A stretch of DNA of 33,814 nt from positions 1-33,814 of IMG/VR virus record IMGVR_UViG_3300032261_000044; one strand, given 5' to 3'. Every line of letters begins with the position of its first letter. Position 1 is the first letter of the stretch. The translations under genes and the position numbers were made by a program. The notes under the pieces are model-generated. The model saw only the letters and a program-made list of their open reading frames with translations. It had not been told where the DNA came from and ran no database searches. Below, piece after piece: positions 1 to 8,022 of this stretch. The stretch comes from a virus (taxonomy: Duplodnaviria; Caudoviricetes).

Positions 1-90
1 GATGCCACTGAAGCCCTCCGCGCCGCGTTACGGCAGATCATGGTGAACCCCGGACAGCCTGAGCCTCCGGCCCCCGCCCTCGGCGGATAA
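1..90 (+). CDS. 3' end of an upstream phage head-module gene (partial)
   Basis: Open frame DATEALRAALRQIMVNPGQPEPPAPALGG to TAA at 88-90, just before the scaffold-like gene. Confidence 0.5.
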   Translation, partial: DATEALRAALRQIMVNPGQPEPPAPALGG

Positions 91-163
91 GGCGGGAACA
101 AGCCTGGGCGTCCCTGGTCCGCCGAAGTCAGCAACCGGGAAACCGGCTGACAAGGGAGAACGA

Positions 164-1210
164 ATGCCTGTTGATCGGGAGACCTTGAAGTCGACTATCC
201 GCGAAGCCGTGGGCGAGGATGGAGAACTCTACGCCATCTTGGAGCAGAAGCTATTGGCCAGCGACGATCTGGCCACCAAGTTCCTGGGCGGCTTCATGCG
301 CAACCGGGACTACACTACCAAGACCCAGGCCCTGGCCAGCGACCGGCAAACCATGGAAGGCCAGGCCAAGCAGCTCGAGGGGCAGGTGGAGCAGTACCGG
401 CAGATGCTTGAAGCCGCCGAAGTGGAGAAGGCCAAAGTGCTGAAAGATCTGGCCGGTCACAAGATCAGCGTGGCCCAGTCCAATGCGCGGCTGAAGCACA
501 TCAAGGAGGTTTACCAGCTCTCCGACGATGACATCCCCAATATTCCCGACCAGATCGAAACTTTTCAGTCCAGGAGGCCCGTGGACACTTCTACCGATAT
601 CGACACCAGGCTCGCGGATTTCAAGAAAGAATTCCGCGACGACATCAGCAAGTACATCGCCGAGAAGCTGGTGCCTGAGCTGGGCGGCATGGCGCAGCTC
701 GACATCGTCTGGAGTGACATCCGCGACGAGCACCGCGAGCTGACCGGCAAACGCCTCAGCGCCAAAGAGTCCCAGGAGCTGTTGAACGAAGCCGACCGGA
801 GAAGCCGCGCCGGGAAGCCGATCTCGCTCAAAGCGCTCTGGGAGGAGAAGTACGACGCCTCCGCGCTGCGGCAGAAACATCACGACGACAGCCTGTCGAA
901 GGAGCTGCGGGCCAAGTGGGACGCCGAGCAGGCGGCCAAGATCAGCGAAGCCGCCCTGGCGGGCGTGCATCCCCTGGGGCCGGATCAGCAGGGACTGCGC
1001 ACGTCGCAGATCTTCGGGCACAAGTTCAAGGTGCATGAAGGGACCGAGCCGCTGGCCGCTCCCAAACTGCGCGAGACTCCGAGCGCCTCTGAGCGCCAGG
1101 CCGTTTCGGGCGCGGAGCGCGCCAGCCGGAGACATCTGGAACGGCGCGCCGCTGGCGTTCCCATGGGCGCTCCCGACGAACGCAAGGCGGGCGGCGGGAA
1201 GGCGGCTTAA
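164..1210 (+). CDS. putative capsid scaffolding protein
   Basis: 348 aa, charged and helical/coiled-coil; AAGGGAG RBS; immediately upstream of the capsid gene. Confidence 0.6.
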   Translation: MPVDRETLKSTIREAVGEDGELYAILEQKLLASDDLATKFLGGFMRNRDYTTKTQALASDRQTMEGQAKQLEGQVEQYRQMLEAAEVEKAKVLKDLAGHKISVAQSNARLKHIKEVYQLSDDDIPNIPDQIETFQSRRPVDTSTDIDTRLADFKKEFRDDISKYIAEKLVPELGGMAQLDIVWSDIRDEHRELTGKRLSAKESQELLNEADRRSRAGKPISLKALWEEKYDASALRQKHHDDSLSKELRAKWDAEQAAKISEAALAGVHPLGPDQQGLRTSQIFGHKFKVHEGTEPLAAPKLRETPSASERQAVSGAERASRRHLERRAAGVPMGAPDERKAGGGKAA

Positions 1211-1229
1211 GTGAAGGAAGGAGGTTCCC

Positions 1230-2375
1230 TTGGCGGACCCATTACTCGATGAGATCAACACGACCACATTGCCGGAAATCAACGACGCGGCCATCGAAGA
1301 CAATTTTTTCCTGGCCAGCGTTCTCCAAGCGCACCTCCGCGCTAAATGCCTCGTGCCCTTTACCGGCGGCGCGTTCACCCGCAACGTGTTTCTGTACAAC
1401 CCGCTGAACGGCGGCGCGTACGCCAAAGGCATCGGCGGGTTTAACCTCACCAAGCCGCAGACCCTGGGCTCGACCGTGTTTGATCCCAGGTATTACGTGG
1501 TGATGATTATCGAGTACCTGGAGGACATCTCCGTGCTGAACACGGGCGACCTGGCGGTCTTCTCGCTACTCGAGACCGACATGGCCAACGCCTACCAGAC
1601 CATCAGCGCCATCATGGCCCTGGACATTCAGCAGAACGGCCAGATCGCTCCCCGCACGATCAACATCAACGGCTGGACCGAAGCCATCAATGACGGCTTC
1701 GTGCCATCCTGGGATGGCAATGTCTACACTACGTACGGCACAGCTTTACGCAACGGGAACGTTCGCAAAGCGCTTAATGGAAATGTCTACTGGGCAGGCA
1801 AAGCCGACGGCACCGCAGGGACTATCACCTACCCTGTTTTCAACGCAGCGTATAATCTGGCGAAACGAGGCACGGACGAGCCGGATTTGTTCTGCGCCAA
1901 CAAGCCGTTCGTTTCTTTTGTTGAAAACCGCATTCAGCCGCAACAGCGCTTCGGCCAGGACAGCGCCAGCGTCAAAGACCCCTATTTCGGGGCGGTGGGA
2001 TTTAGATTCAAAAACTCCGTCGTGATGATGGACGACTACTTCCCGTCCGCCCTGGGCTTCCCCTACAGCGATCCCGCCAACGGCGGCCTGGGCAACAATC
2101 TCACCGGCACCATCCCCTACACCGCACCGGCGGTTCCGGCCAACAACTTCCCGCCGTCGAGCGTGACCAGCCTGGTGGTGGGCGAGGTCGGAGTTTTCTT
2201 CAACACCAGCCGTTGGAAATTCCGCGTGTCCAACGACGTCGAGTTCGGCTTCAACCCCACGGATTTTATCCGCGCGCCCGACAACACGCGCGTGGCGAGC
2301 CAGCTCAAGGCGGCGGTCAATCTGGAATGCGTCGCGCCGTGGTCGAACACGCAGCTCTACGGAGTGAACTCTTGA
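1230..2375 (+). CDS. major capsid protein
   Basis: 381 aa, TTG start after GGAAGGAGG; N-terminus (LDEINTTTL..I.DNFF), size and position typical of HK97-fold coat proteins. Confidence 0.8.
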   Translation: MADPLLDEINTTTLPEINDAAIEDNFFLASVLQAHLRAKCLVPFTGGAFTRNVFLYNPLNGGAYAKGIGGFNLTKPQTLGSTVFDPRYYVVMIIEYLEDISVLNTGDLAVFSLLETDMANAYQTISAIMALDIQQNGQIAPRTININGWTEAINDGFVPSWDGNVYTTYGTALRNGNVRKALNGNVYWAGKADGTAGTITYPVFNAAYNLAKRGTDEPDLFCANKPFVSFVENRIQPQQRFGQDSASVKDPYFGAVGFRFKNSVVMMDDYFPSALGFPYSDPANGGLGNNLTGTIPYTAPAVPANNFPPSSVTSLVVGEVGVFFNTSRWKFRVSNDVEFGFNPTDFIRAPDNTRVASQLKAAVNLECVAPWSNTQLYGVNS

Positions 2376-2385
2376 GGAGGAAGCT

Positions 2386-2991
2386 ATGCCAGTAGGCGGA
2401 ACGGCCTTTTTCGGACAGAACCAGTCGCCGCGCATCACCACCACGTATCTCAATCAGCTGAACCGCAAGGGCGATCCTGCGCCTGGTGCGCCGGTCTCGA
2501 CCGCGCAGGTCTCGGGCTCCATCGTGCAGCCTTACGCGGGCTTCGAGGGCGGCAAGCTGACCATCACCGACCCCTTCGCTACCATGTTCGCCGATCCGGC
2601 GGTGGGCCCGCTCTACGGCGGCGTTTACATGTACGTGCAGTTCGCCGCCAATGCGCCCACCGCCAACGCACGCGGCCAGATCGTGTACTGGTCCGATATC
2701 CTGCACTACGTCGTCACCGATGACCCGGCTGCCAGCACCAACGGAGTGGCCGGAGTCACCATCAACGCCACCACTGCTGGCAACTGGGATTTCATTCAGA
2801 TCGCGGGGATCGCCGAGGTGTCATTCAGCGCCGCTGCAGCGATCGGCACGATGCTGAAGGCGTCCGGCAATCAGGCAGCGGTCGCCACGGTGATGGACAA
2901 CACCTACCTGGGTACTGCTGAATTGACCGCAGGCGTCGCAGGCGCGGTTTCGCCGGTGCTGCTCAATATAATGGCGGGCTTCAACTACTAG
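2386..2991 (+). CDS. putative capsid decoration/cement protein
   Basis: 201 aa, Ala/Gly/Thr-rich, beta-type composition; GAGGAGG RBS; follows the capsid gene. Confidence 0.5.
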   Translation: MPVGGTAFFGQNQSPRITTTYLNQLNRKGDPAPGAPVSTAQVSGSIVQPYAGFEGGKLTITDPFATMFADPAVGPLYGGVYMYVQFAANAPTANARGQIVYWSDILHYVVTDDPAASTNGVAGVTINATTAGNWDFIQIAGIAEVSFSAAAAIGTMLKASGNQAAVATVMDNTYLGTAELTAGVAGAVSPVLLNIMAGFNY

Positions 2992-2999
2992 GAGGAATC

Positions 3000-3110
3000 A
3001 TGGCGCGGAAAGTCACTAAGATCGGATTTACGCGCGGCGGGGTGAAGCGCTCCAAACGCGGCCTGCCCGGTATGCGCGTCGGCAGCCGTCGCGGGGGACG
3101 GAGATACTAG
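3000..3110 (+). CDS. 36-aa highly basic peptide (not in ORF track)
   Basis: GGAGGA RBS; MARKVTKIGFTRGGVKRSKRGLPGMRVGSRRGGRRY; stop abuts the next ATG at 3111. Confidence 0.7.
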   Translation: MARKVTKIGFTRGGVKRSKRGLPGMRVGSRRGGRRY

Positions 3111-3470
3111 ATGCCTGCTGTCGTAATGTCGCGCTTCAGCTACCCCAAGGTGCCGGGAGACGGGCCCTGGTCGGTGGTCGACGTCACCGGGCCCACCAGC
3201 TACCCGTTCTTCGTAGGAGCGCCCGGAGGAGCCAGCGGCGGACAGGAAATCTCGGCGGCGGACTGCGGACTGCAGGAGATCGATTTCGCCATATCCATGG
3301 GCTCCAACGACGGCCTGTATTTCGCGGAAGTCTATCCCGACCACTTCAGCCCGGGGAATCCGATGCGCGGGGTGTGTCTGGCCTGGATCGTCTCCTCCAC
3401 CGGAGCGCAGGCTACCGGGGGCACGAATCTGAGCGGATCTACCATCCGGCTCCTGGTCATCGGGCGGTGA
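3111..3470 (+). CDS. hypothetical virion protein
   Basis: 119 aa, tightly packed in the structural operon. Confidence 0.6.
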   Translation: MPAVVMSRFSYPKVPGDGPWSVVDVTGPTSYPFFVGAPGGASGGQEISAADCGLQEIDFAISMGSNDGLYFAEVYPDHFSPGNPMRGVCLAWIVSSTGAQATGGTNLSGSTIRLLVIGR

Positions 3471-3490
3471 AGCTAGGCGCGTGGCTTCCT

Positions 3491-4057
3491 TCATTGGATG
3501 GCATGCGTCTCATCAGAATGTTCTTTTATGTGACATGACCTGCAAAGGGTTAGCCCATTGGAAACGACATAGCGTTTCTCTTTGTCTTTTAACCAGGGAA
3601 TAATATGGTGGGCACAAAGAGATCTGACAGATCGGCGGCAGTTCTGGCAAGTGAATTGATCTCGCTCGAGGACTGCACGCCTCCATTCTATGTATGCGCG
3701 TCGATGGCCGTTTCTCTTAGGTCCGTCTTTGATCTTGCGTTGGTCGGCGCATGTTCGCGAGCAACAGATTCTATGCAGGGGAGCATTGAGCGGAAGGGGC
3801 CTGCCGCATTGTACGCATTTCCGCGCCGCGCAGCATTGAGAGCACATCTTGCGAAGAGCGGCGCGGGACTCGAAAGATTTGCCGCAGGAGACGCACGTCC
3901 GGCCAAATATAAAATCCGGGTGATTGCCCAGCAAATGGGCCGCATCAGGATTAGTTTTAGTTCTTCGCAGTGCCGCGCAAGATATGCTGCAACAGACGAT
4001 TCGCGATTTACTATGCGTAAAGCCGCGACCGCAATTGGGGCAGGTTTTAGCGAACAT
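3491..4057 (-). CDS. HNH homing-type endonuclease with N-terminal zinc-finger repeats
   Basis: WRRAVLERDQFTCQNC..AHHI..W......RY.VSNGLTLCRSCH HNH signature; repeated CxxCG motifs; likely start MFAKTCPNCG at 4057; visibly more AT-rich than its flanks. Confidence 0.85.
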   Translation of the reverse strand: MFAKTCPNCGRGFTHSKSRIVCCSISCAALRRTKTNPDAAHLLGNHPDFIFGRTCVSCGKSFESRAALRKMCSQCCAARKCVQCGRPLPLNAPLHRICCSRTCADQRKIKDGPKRNGHRRAYIEWRRAVLERDQFTCQNCRRSVRSLCAHHIIPWLKDKEKRYVVSNGLTLCRSCHIKEHSDETHAIQ

Positions 4058-5111
4058 GTCTGCTGATTTTACAACGATGACGGCGGAGCTGGTGGGCACG
4101 GTGCCGCGCATGAGCGCGCTGCACGCGCAGCAGTTGATCAACCGCAGCTGGGCGCGCATCCGCGATTCGCGGCTGTGGTCGTTCCAGTTCGTGGCCGACG
4201 CGCAGCTGTTCGTGCCCTACGGGATCACCGGCGGATCGGTCTCGGCGACCTTCGGCTCCACCCAGATCGTGGCCGACGCCTCGGCGGCGGCGGCCTTCAA
4301 TGCCGTGGCCACGGCCAACCCGCCGCTGGCCTCCCCCACTCTGGGCGTCGGGCGTCAGATCCGCGTCGGTTCGACCAACGGAATCTCGACGCCCACCGGC
4401 CCCAACTACAACATCGTCGCCTGGGACGGCGCGAGCAAGCTCACCATCGACCGGCCTTACGGCGAGGCCACGGTTTCGCGCGCGGCCTACCAGGTGCTCA
4501 AGTGCTACTACGCGCCCCCGGCCCCGCCGCCCTTCCAGAATCTGTCGCCGGACCTGCGCTTCGTCAGGTACATGTCGATCACCAACAAGAACAACGGCTA
4601 CACCATCTTCGGACCTAATCTTTACTGGTCCCAGGCCCAGCTGAACGCCATCGATCCCCAGCGCGGCGGGCAAGGCGATGCTTACATCGTCGCCAACTAC
4701 GGACGCAACAGCCTGGGCCAGCCGGTGGTCGAACTCTACCCCAATCCGGTCCAGTTCACGACCTACAGCGCCAGCTACTGGACGCGCTGGCCGGATCTGA
4801 GCGGGAATCAGGATCTGCCGCAGATGCCCTACGAGCTGCCCGACCTGGTGATGTTCCAGTCCAAGGCGCTGGCAGCGGACTGGGCGCTGGCCAACGTCAA
4901 CACCTTCCCCGAGCTGGGGCAGACCAACTGGGTGGCGTACCGGCAGACGCAGACCGCCGAATACCGGGCGAGCGTCATCAACTGCTTCAAGCAGGACGAT
5001 GAGATTTATCCGCACATCCCCTTCCGCCAGGGCCAGGGGTTCATGTTCCCCCTGGGAGGCCAGTTCCTGCAGTCGCACGATGTGACCAGCATCTTACCGA
5101 GAGGTTACTAA
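4056..5111 (+). CDS. putative head-tail adaptor / tail protein
   Basis: Likely start MSADFTTMTAELVG at 4056, where GC-rich codon usage resumes; adaptor-like N-terminal helix and 'VELYPNP' motif. Confidence 0.55.
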   Translation: MSADFTTMTAELVGTVPRMSALHAQQLINRSWARIRDSRLWSFQFVADAQLFVPYGITGGSVSATFGSTQIVADASAAAAFNAVATANPPLASPTLGVGRQIRVGSTNGISTPTGPNYNIVAWDGASKLTIDRPYGEATVSRAAYQVLKCYYAPPAPPPFQNLSPDLRFVRYMSITNKNNGYTIFGPNLYWSQAQLNAIDPQRGGQGDAYIVANYGRNSLGQPVVELYPNPVQFTTYSASYWTRWPDLSGNQDLPQMPYELPDLVMFQSKALAADWALANVNTFPELGQTNWVAYRQTQTAEYRASVINCFKQDDEIYPHIPFRQGQGFMFPLGGQFLQSHDVTSILPRGY

Positions 5112-5291
5112 ATGGATTCTACATTGGAGTCGGTTATGCTCTTTCAGCACTACCAGACCACTACGCCCTACTCGCCCGCTCCCTCTCCGCCGGCGGCGGT
5201 GGTCCGGGAAGCCGAACCCCTTCGTCCGAATTCAGACGAAGGGGTTTCGCGCGACCAGCCCGAGCAGCCGGAGACGCCCGCCCATGGCTAA
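5112..5291 (+). CDS. 59-aa Pro-rich hypothetical protein
   Basis: ATG immediately after the previous TAA, GAGG upstream; MDSTLESVMLFQHYQ...PAHG. Confidence 0.4.
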   Translation: MDSTLESVMLFQHYQTTTPYSPAPSPPAAVVREAEPLRPNSDEGVSRDQPEQPETPAHG

Positions 5292-5390
5292 GCCCAAAGA
5301 GGAAAAACAGTAGGACCTGCCGCCGTTCGATACTGAGGAAGAGAACGACGATGACGACGACGACGATGACGACGAAGGAGAGAAGAAGAA

Positions 5391-5600
5391 ATGGCTAAGA
5401 ACATCAATTCGTCTCTGGGCGCAGCCGAGTCCGGAAAGGTCGGGCCCCTGCGCAGCCCCATGTGCTCCAACCTGGCGATCGCCGAGAACAAGATGAAGCT
5501 CAATCCCAGCGTGGCGGCCAACACCACCAGGCCGGGAATCGCCAAACAGTCCGCGCCCATCCGCTCGCCCATGAACGGCGGGAGCATTGTGAAGTACTGA
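5391..5600 (+). CDS. hypothetical protein
   Basis: 69 aa, GGAG upstream, packed against the next ORF. Confidence 0.55.
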   Translation: MAKNINSSLGAAESGKVGPLRSPMCSNLAIAENKMKLNPSVAANTTRPGIAKQSAPIRSPMNGGSIVKY

Positions 5601-5601
5601 T

Positions 5602-5787
5602 ATGGCCAACGATCAATTTGGCAGGCCGCTGGTGGCCGGCGATACGGTGACGATCCAGGGGCAGGTGGTTAAGGTGCTGGACGATCCCAACTACATCAAC
5701 TGCACCGTGCAGCTGGCGCAGCTGATGCCGCCTGCGGGAACCCAGGTGAACGTCCAGCTCAATACGGCGCAGGTCGTCAAGGGCTAA
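5602..5787 (+). CDS. small beta-rich hypothetical protein
   Basis: 61 aa, MANDQFGRPLVAGDTVTIQGQVVKV. Confidence 0.6.
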   Translation: MANDQFGRPLVAGDTVTIQGQVVKVLDDPNYINCTVQLAQLMPPAGTQVNVQLNTAQVVKG

Positions 5788-5800
5788 TCCCCTTCCGGTC

Positions 5801-7147
5801 ATGGCCGCGCCGGGCTACACCTACCTCACGCTGGGGCAGGCGCGGACAGAACTGGCCTCGCGCCTCGAAGACCCCGGCTATGTCTTCTGGACCGCCCCGG
5901 AGCTGAACGATCTGATCGCCGAAGCGGTGCGCACGTGGCAGGCTTTGACCGGCACCTATAAGCAGCGCGCCACTTTTCAGATCTCCCCCAACGGCGGCGT
6001 GGGCGGGAGCGCCTTCTACGATCTATCCAACTTCCCTTCCGGCATCCTGGGCTTCTTCGTCACCGATTCCCAGGTGGTGAACATGGCGCTGGCGACGCTG
6101 CTCGAGCCGCCGCTGACGGCTGGCTGGACCGGCACCGGGCAGTTCCAGTTCGTGCAGATCGTCAATGCGCTGCAGAACCGCATCAACCGCTGGATGACCG
6201 ATACCGGCGCGAACGTGACGCGCCTGATCCAGTTCACCGGCGGCGGCGCTTCGGCGTCGCGCATCTTCCTCCCCGAAGGCGTCCTCGACGTGCGCCGCGC
6301 CGCCTGGCTCAACACTGCCAACGTCTACAGCACGCTGTGGCGCGACGACGAGTTCGCCATGCAGGCCTTTCTCAATCCCGGCTCGCTCACGCCGCGCGAT
6401 CCGCCCATCGTGTGGGGCAAGTTCACCGTTCCGCCGGTGGGCCTGGAGGTCTATCCGCCGCCGCTCAACCCCGGCCAGCTGGAAACCCTGGTGGTGGAGA
6501 ACGGGCCGCAGATCGGCCTCACCCCGGCGGCCATCGTCGCCTCTCCCACCTTGCTCAAGATTCCCGAGGATTTCGTCTGGGGCATGATCTTCGGCGCGCT
6601 TTCCGACCTGTTCGCCGCCGACGGCCCCATGCGCGATCCCGACCGCGCCCTCTACGCCGAGAGCCGCTATCAGGAATCGGCGGAACTCTACCGTATGAAC
6701 CCCACCTTGGTCGATACTCAGATCAACGGCGTCCCCGTGTGGACCGGATCGGTGTTTGAGATGGACAGCTTCCTGGCTTCGTGGCAGGCCGCGCCTGGCG
6801 TGCCGCAGTTTGCGGGCATGGCGGGCCGCAACCTGGTGGCGTTCGGACCCGCGCCCAATGGCGTCTATAGCGCCACCATGGACGTGGTCGCGAATATTCC
6901 CGTACCCAGCGCCGACGGCGACTTCATCCAGGTGGATCGCGGCGCGCTCAATCCGCTCCTCGATTACGCTCAGCACCTGGCCGCGTTCAAGATGGCCGGG
7001 GCGGAGTTTCATAACACCGGCCGGCTGCGGCAGAACTTCTATCTCGCGGCGGCGACCGAGAACGCCCGCCTCACCAAGGGCAACTTCTACCGCTCCGCCA
7101 TGCAGCTGCCCGCCCTCCGGCAGCAGGCCGAGGTGCCGAGGGTATGA
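5801..7147 (+). CDS. putative head-tail adaptor / tail tubular protein
   Basis: 448 aa; LTLGQARTEL..RLED....FWT..ELNDLI.EA N-terminus typical of adaptor proteins. Confidence 0.6.
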   Translation: MAAPGYTYLTLGQARTELASRLEDPGYVFWTAPELNDLIAEAVRTWQALTGTYKQRATFQISPNGGVGGSAFYDLSNFPSGILGFFVTDSQVVNMALATLLEPPLTAGWTGTGQFQFVQIVNALQNRINRWMTDTGANVTRLIQFTGGGASASRIFLPEGVLDVRRAAWLNTANVYSTLWRDDEFAMQAFLNPGSLTPRDPPIVWGKFTVPPVGLEVYPPPLNPGQLETLVVENGPQIGLTPAAIVASPTLLKIPEDFVWGMIFGALSDLFAADGPMRDPDRALYAESRYQESAELYRMNPTLVDTQINGVPVWTGSVFEMDSFLASWQAAPGVPQFAGMAGRNLVAFGPAPNGVYSATMDVVANIPVPSADGDFIQVDRGALNPLLDYAQHLAAFKMAGAEFHNTGRLRQNFYLAAATENARLTKGNFYRSAMQLPALRQQAEVPRV

Positions 7148-7236
7148 CGCTTCCCGAATGCATTCTGCTGGCGTTGGTGATCACGCTTGTCGTGCTATGG
7201 ATCGGAGAGCGCTGGCCCGGAGGAGGCGATTTCTAA
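7144..7236 (+). CDS. 30-aa single-transmembrane peptide (not in ORF track)
   Basis: ATGA overlap with the upstream stop, stop abuts ATG 7237; MTLPECILLALVITLVVLWIGERWPGGGDF. Confidence 0.55.
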   Translation: MTLPECILLALVITLVVLWIGERWPGGGDF

Positions 7237-8022
7237 ATGCAGCGAGCGCAGGGATTCGCCCAGCAGGGCAACCAGGTGGTCTACACGGCGGGGCACGGCA
7301 GCTCGACCATGGTGCAGGGGAGCTGGCCGCTCGCCACGGTGACGGTCTATGACTCCGGCACCACTACCCTCGCCGCCATCTATGCCGATAACCAGACGCC
7401 CGCCACGGTGCTGGCCAATCCGTTTACTGCCGATAGCAATGGCCACTGGTTCTTCTATGCTCCGGACGGGCACTACGACATCATGCTTCAGGGCGAGGAC
7501 GGGCTGAACTGGACGATCGGCGATGTATTTTTGAGCGACACCCCGGGACAGCCTGGTCCGGCAGGACCGCCAGGCGCGGCAGGACCGCCGGGGGCGGCGG
7601 GACCGGCGGGCCCGCCAGGCAGCATCTCCCCGTGGACGGGCCCCGTGGACGGAGGGGGCTTCAGCCTCTCCAATGCGGGCGACATCAGCATCAACGGCCA
7701 CTTCTACCGCTCGGGCGTGCAGATGGCCATCAACGCGCAGAATGTGGTGACCGGGTCGCGGGCGGCTGACGTGGTGTATCAGAACACCAGCGGCAAAACC
7801 CTGTTCGTCAACACCTTCTGGAATTTGGGCGGGAAAAACAGCACGCTTACCTGTGTCTCTGACGCGGTCGATCCGCCGACCACGACAGTCGCGCAGATTA
7901 ACAGCAATGCTACGGCGCAGAGTGTCGTCCAGCTGTTTTTCATGGTGCTGCCCAATTACTACTACGAATGCCAGGTCTCGGCCGGAACGCCGAACCTGGT
8001 TGTCTGGGTCGAATATGCCTGA
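7237..8022 (+). CDS. fibre/spike protein with short collagen-like segment
   Basis: N-terminal virion-attachment-like domain (TVYDSGTTTLA.IY.D..ANPFTADSNG.W.FY), then GQPGPAGPPGAAGPPGAAGPAGPPG and a small C-terminal beta domain; GGAGGAGG RBS. Confidence 0.7.
   Translation: MQRAQGFAQQGNQVVYTAGHGSSTMVQGSWPLATVTVYDSGTTTLAAIYADNQTPATVLANPFTADSNGHWFFYAPDGHYDIMLQGEDGLNWTIGDVFLSDTPGQPGPAGPPGAAGPPGAAGPAGPPGSISPWTGPVDGGGFSLSNAGDISINGHFYRSGVQMAINAQNVVTGSRAADVVYQNTSGKTLFVNTFWNLGGKNSTLTCVSDAVDPPTTTVAQINSNATAQSVVQLFFMVLPNYYYECQVSAGTPNLVVWVEYA

Noticed and set aside
3471-4060. Group I intron carrying the HNH
   Set aside because: Flanking genes appear intact, the ORF fills the interval, and I see no room for an intron core.
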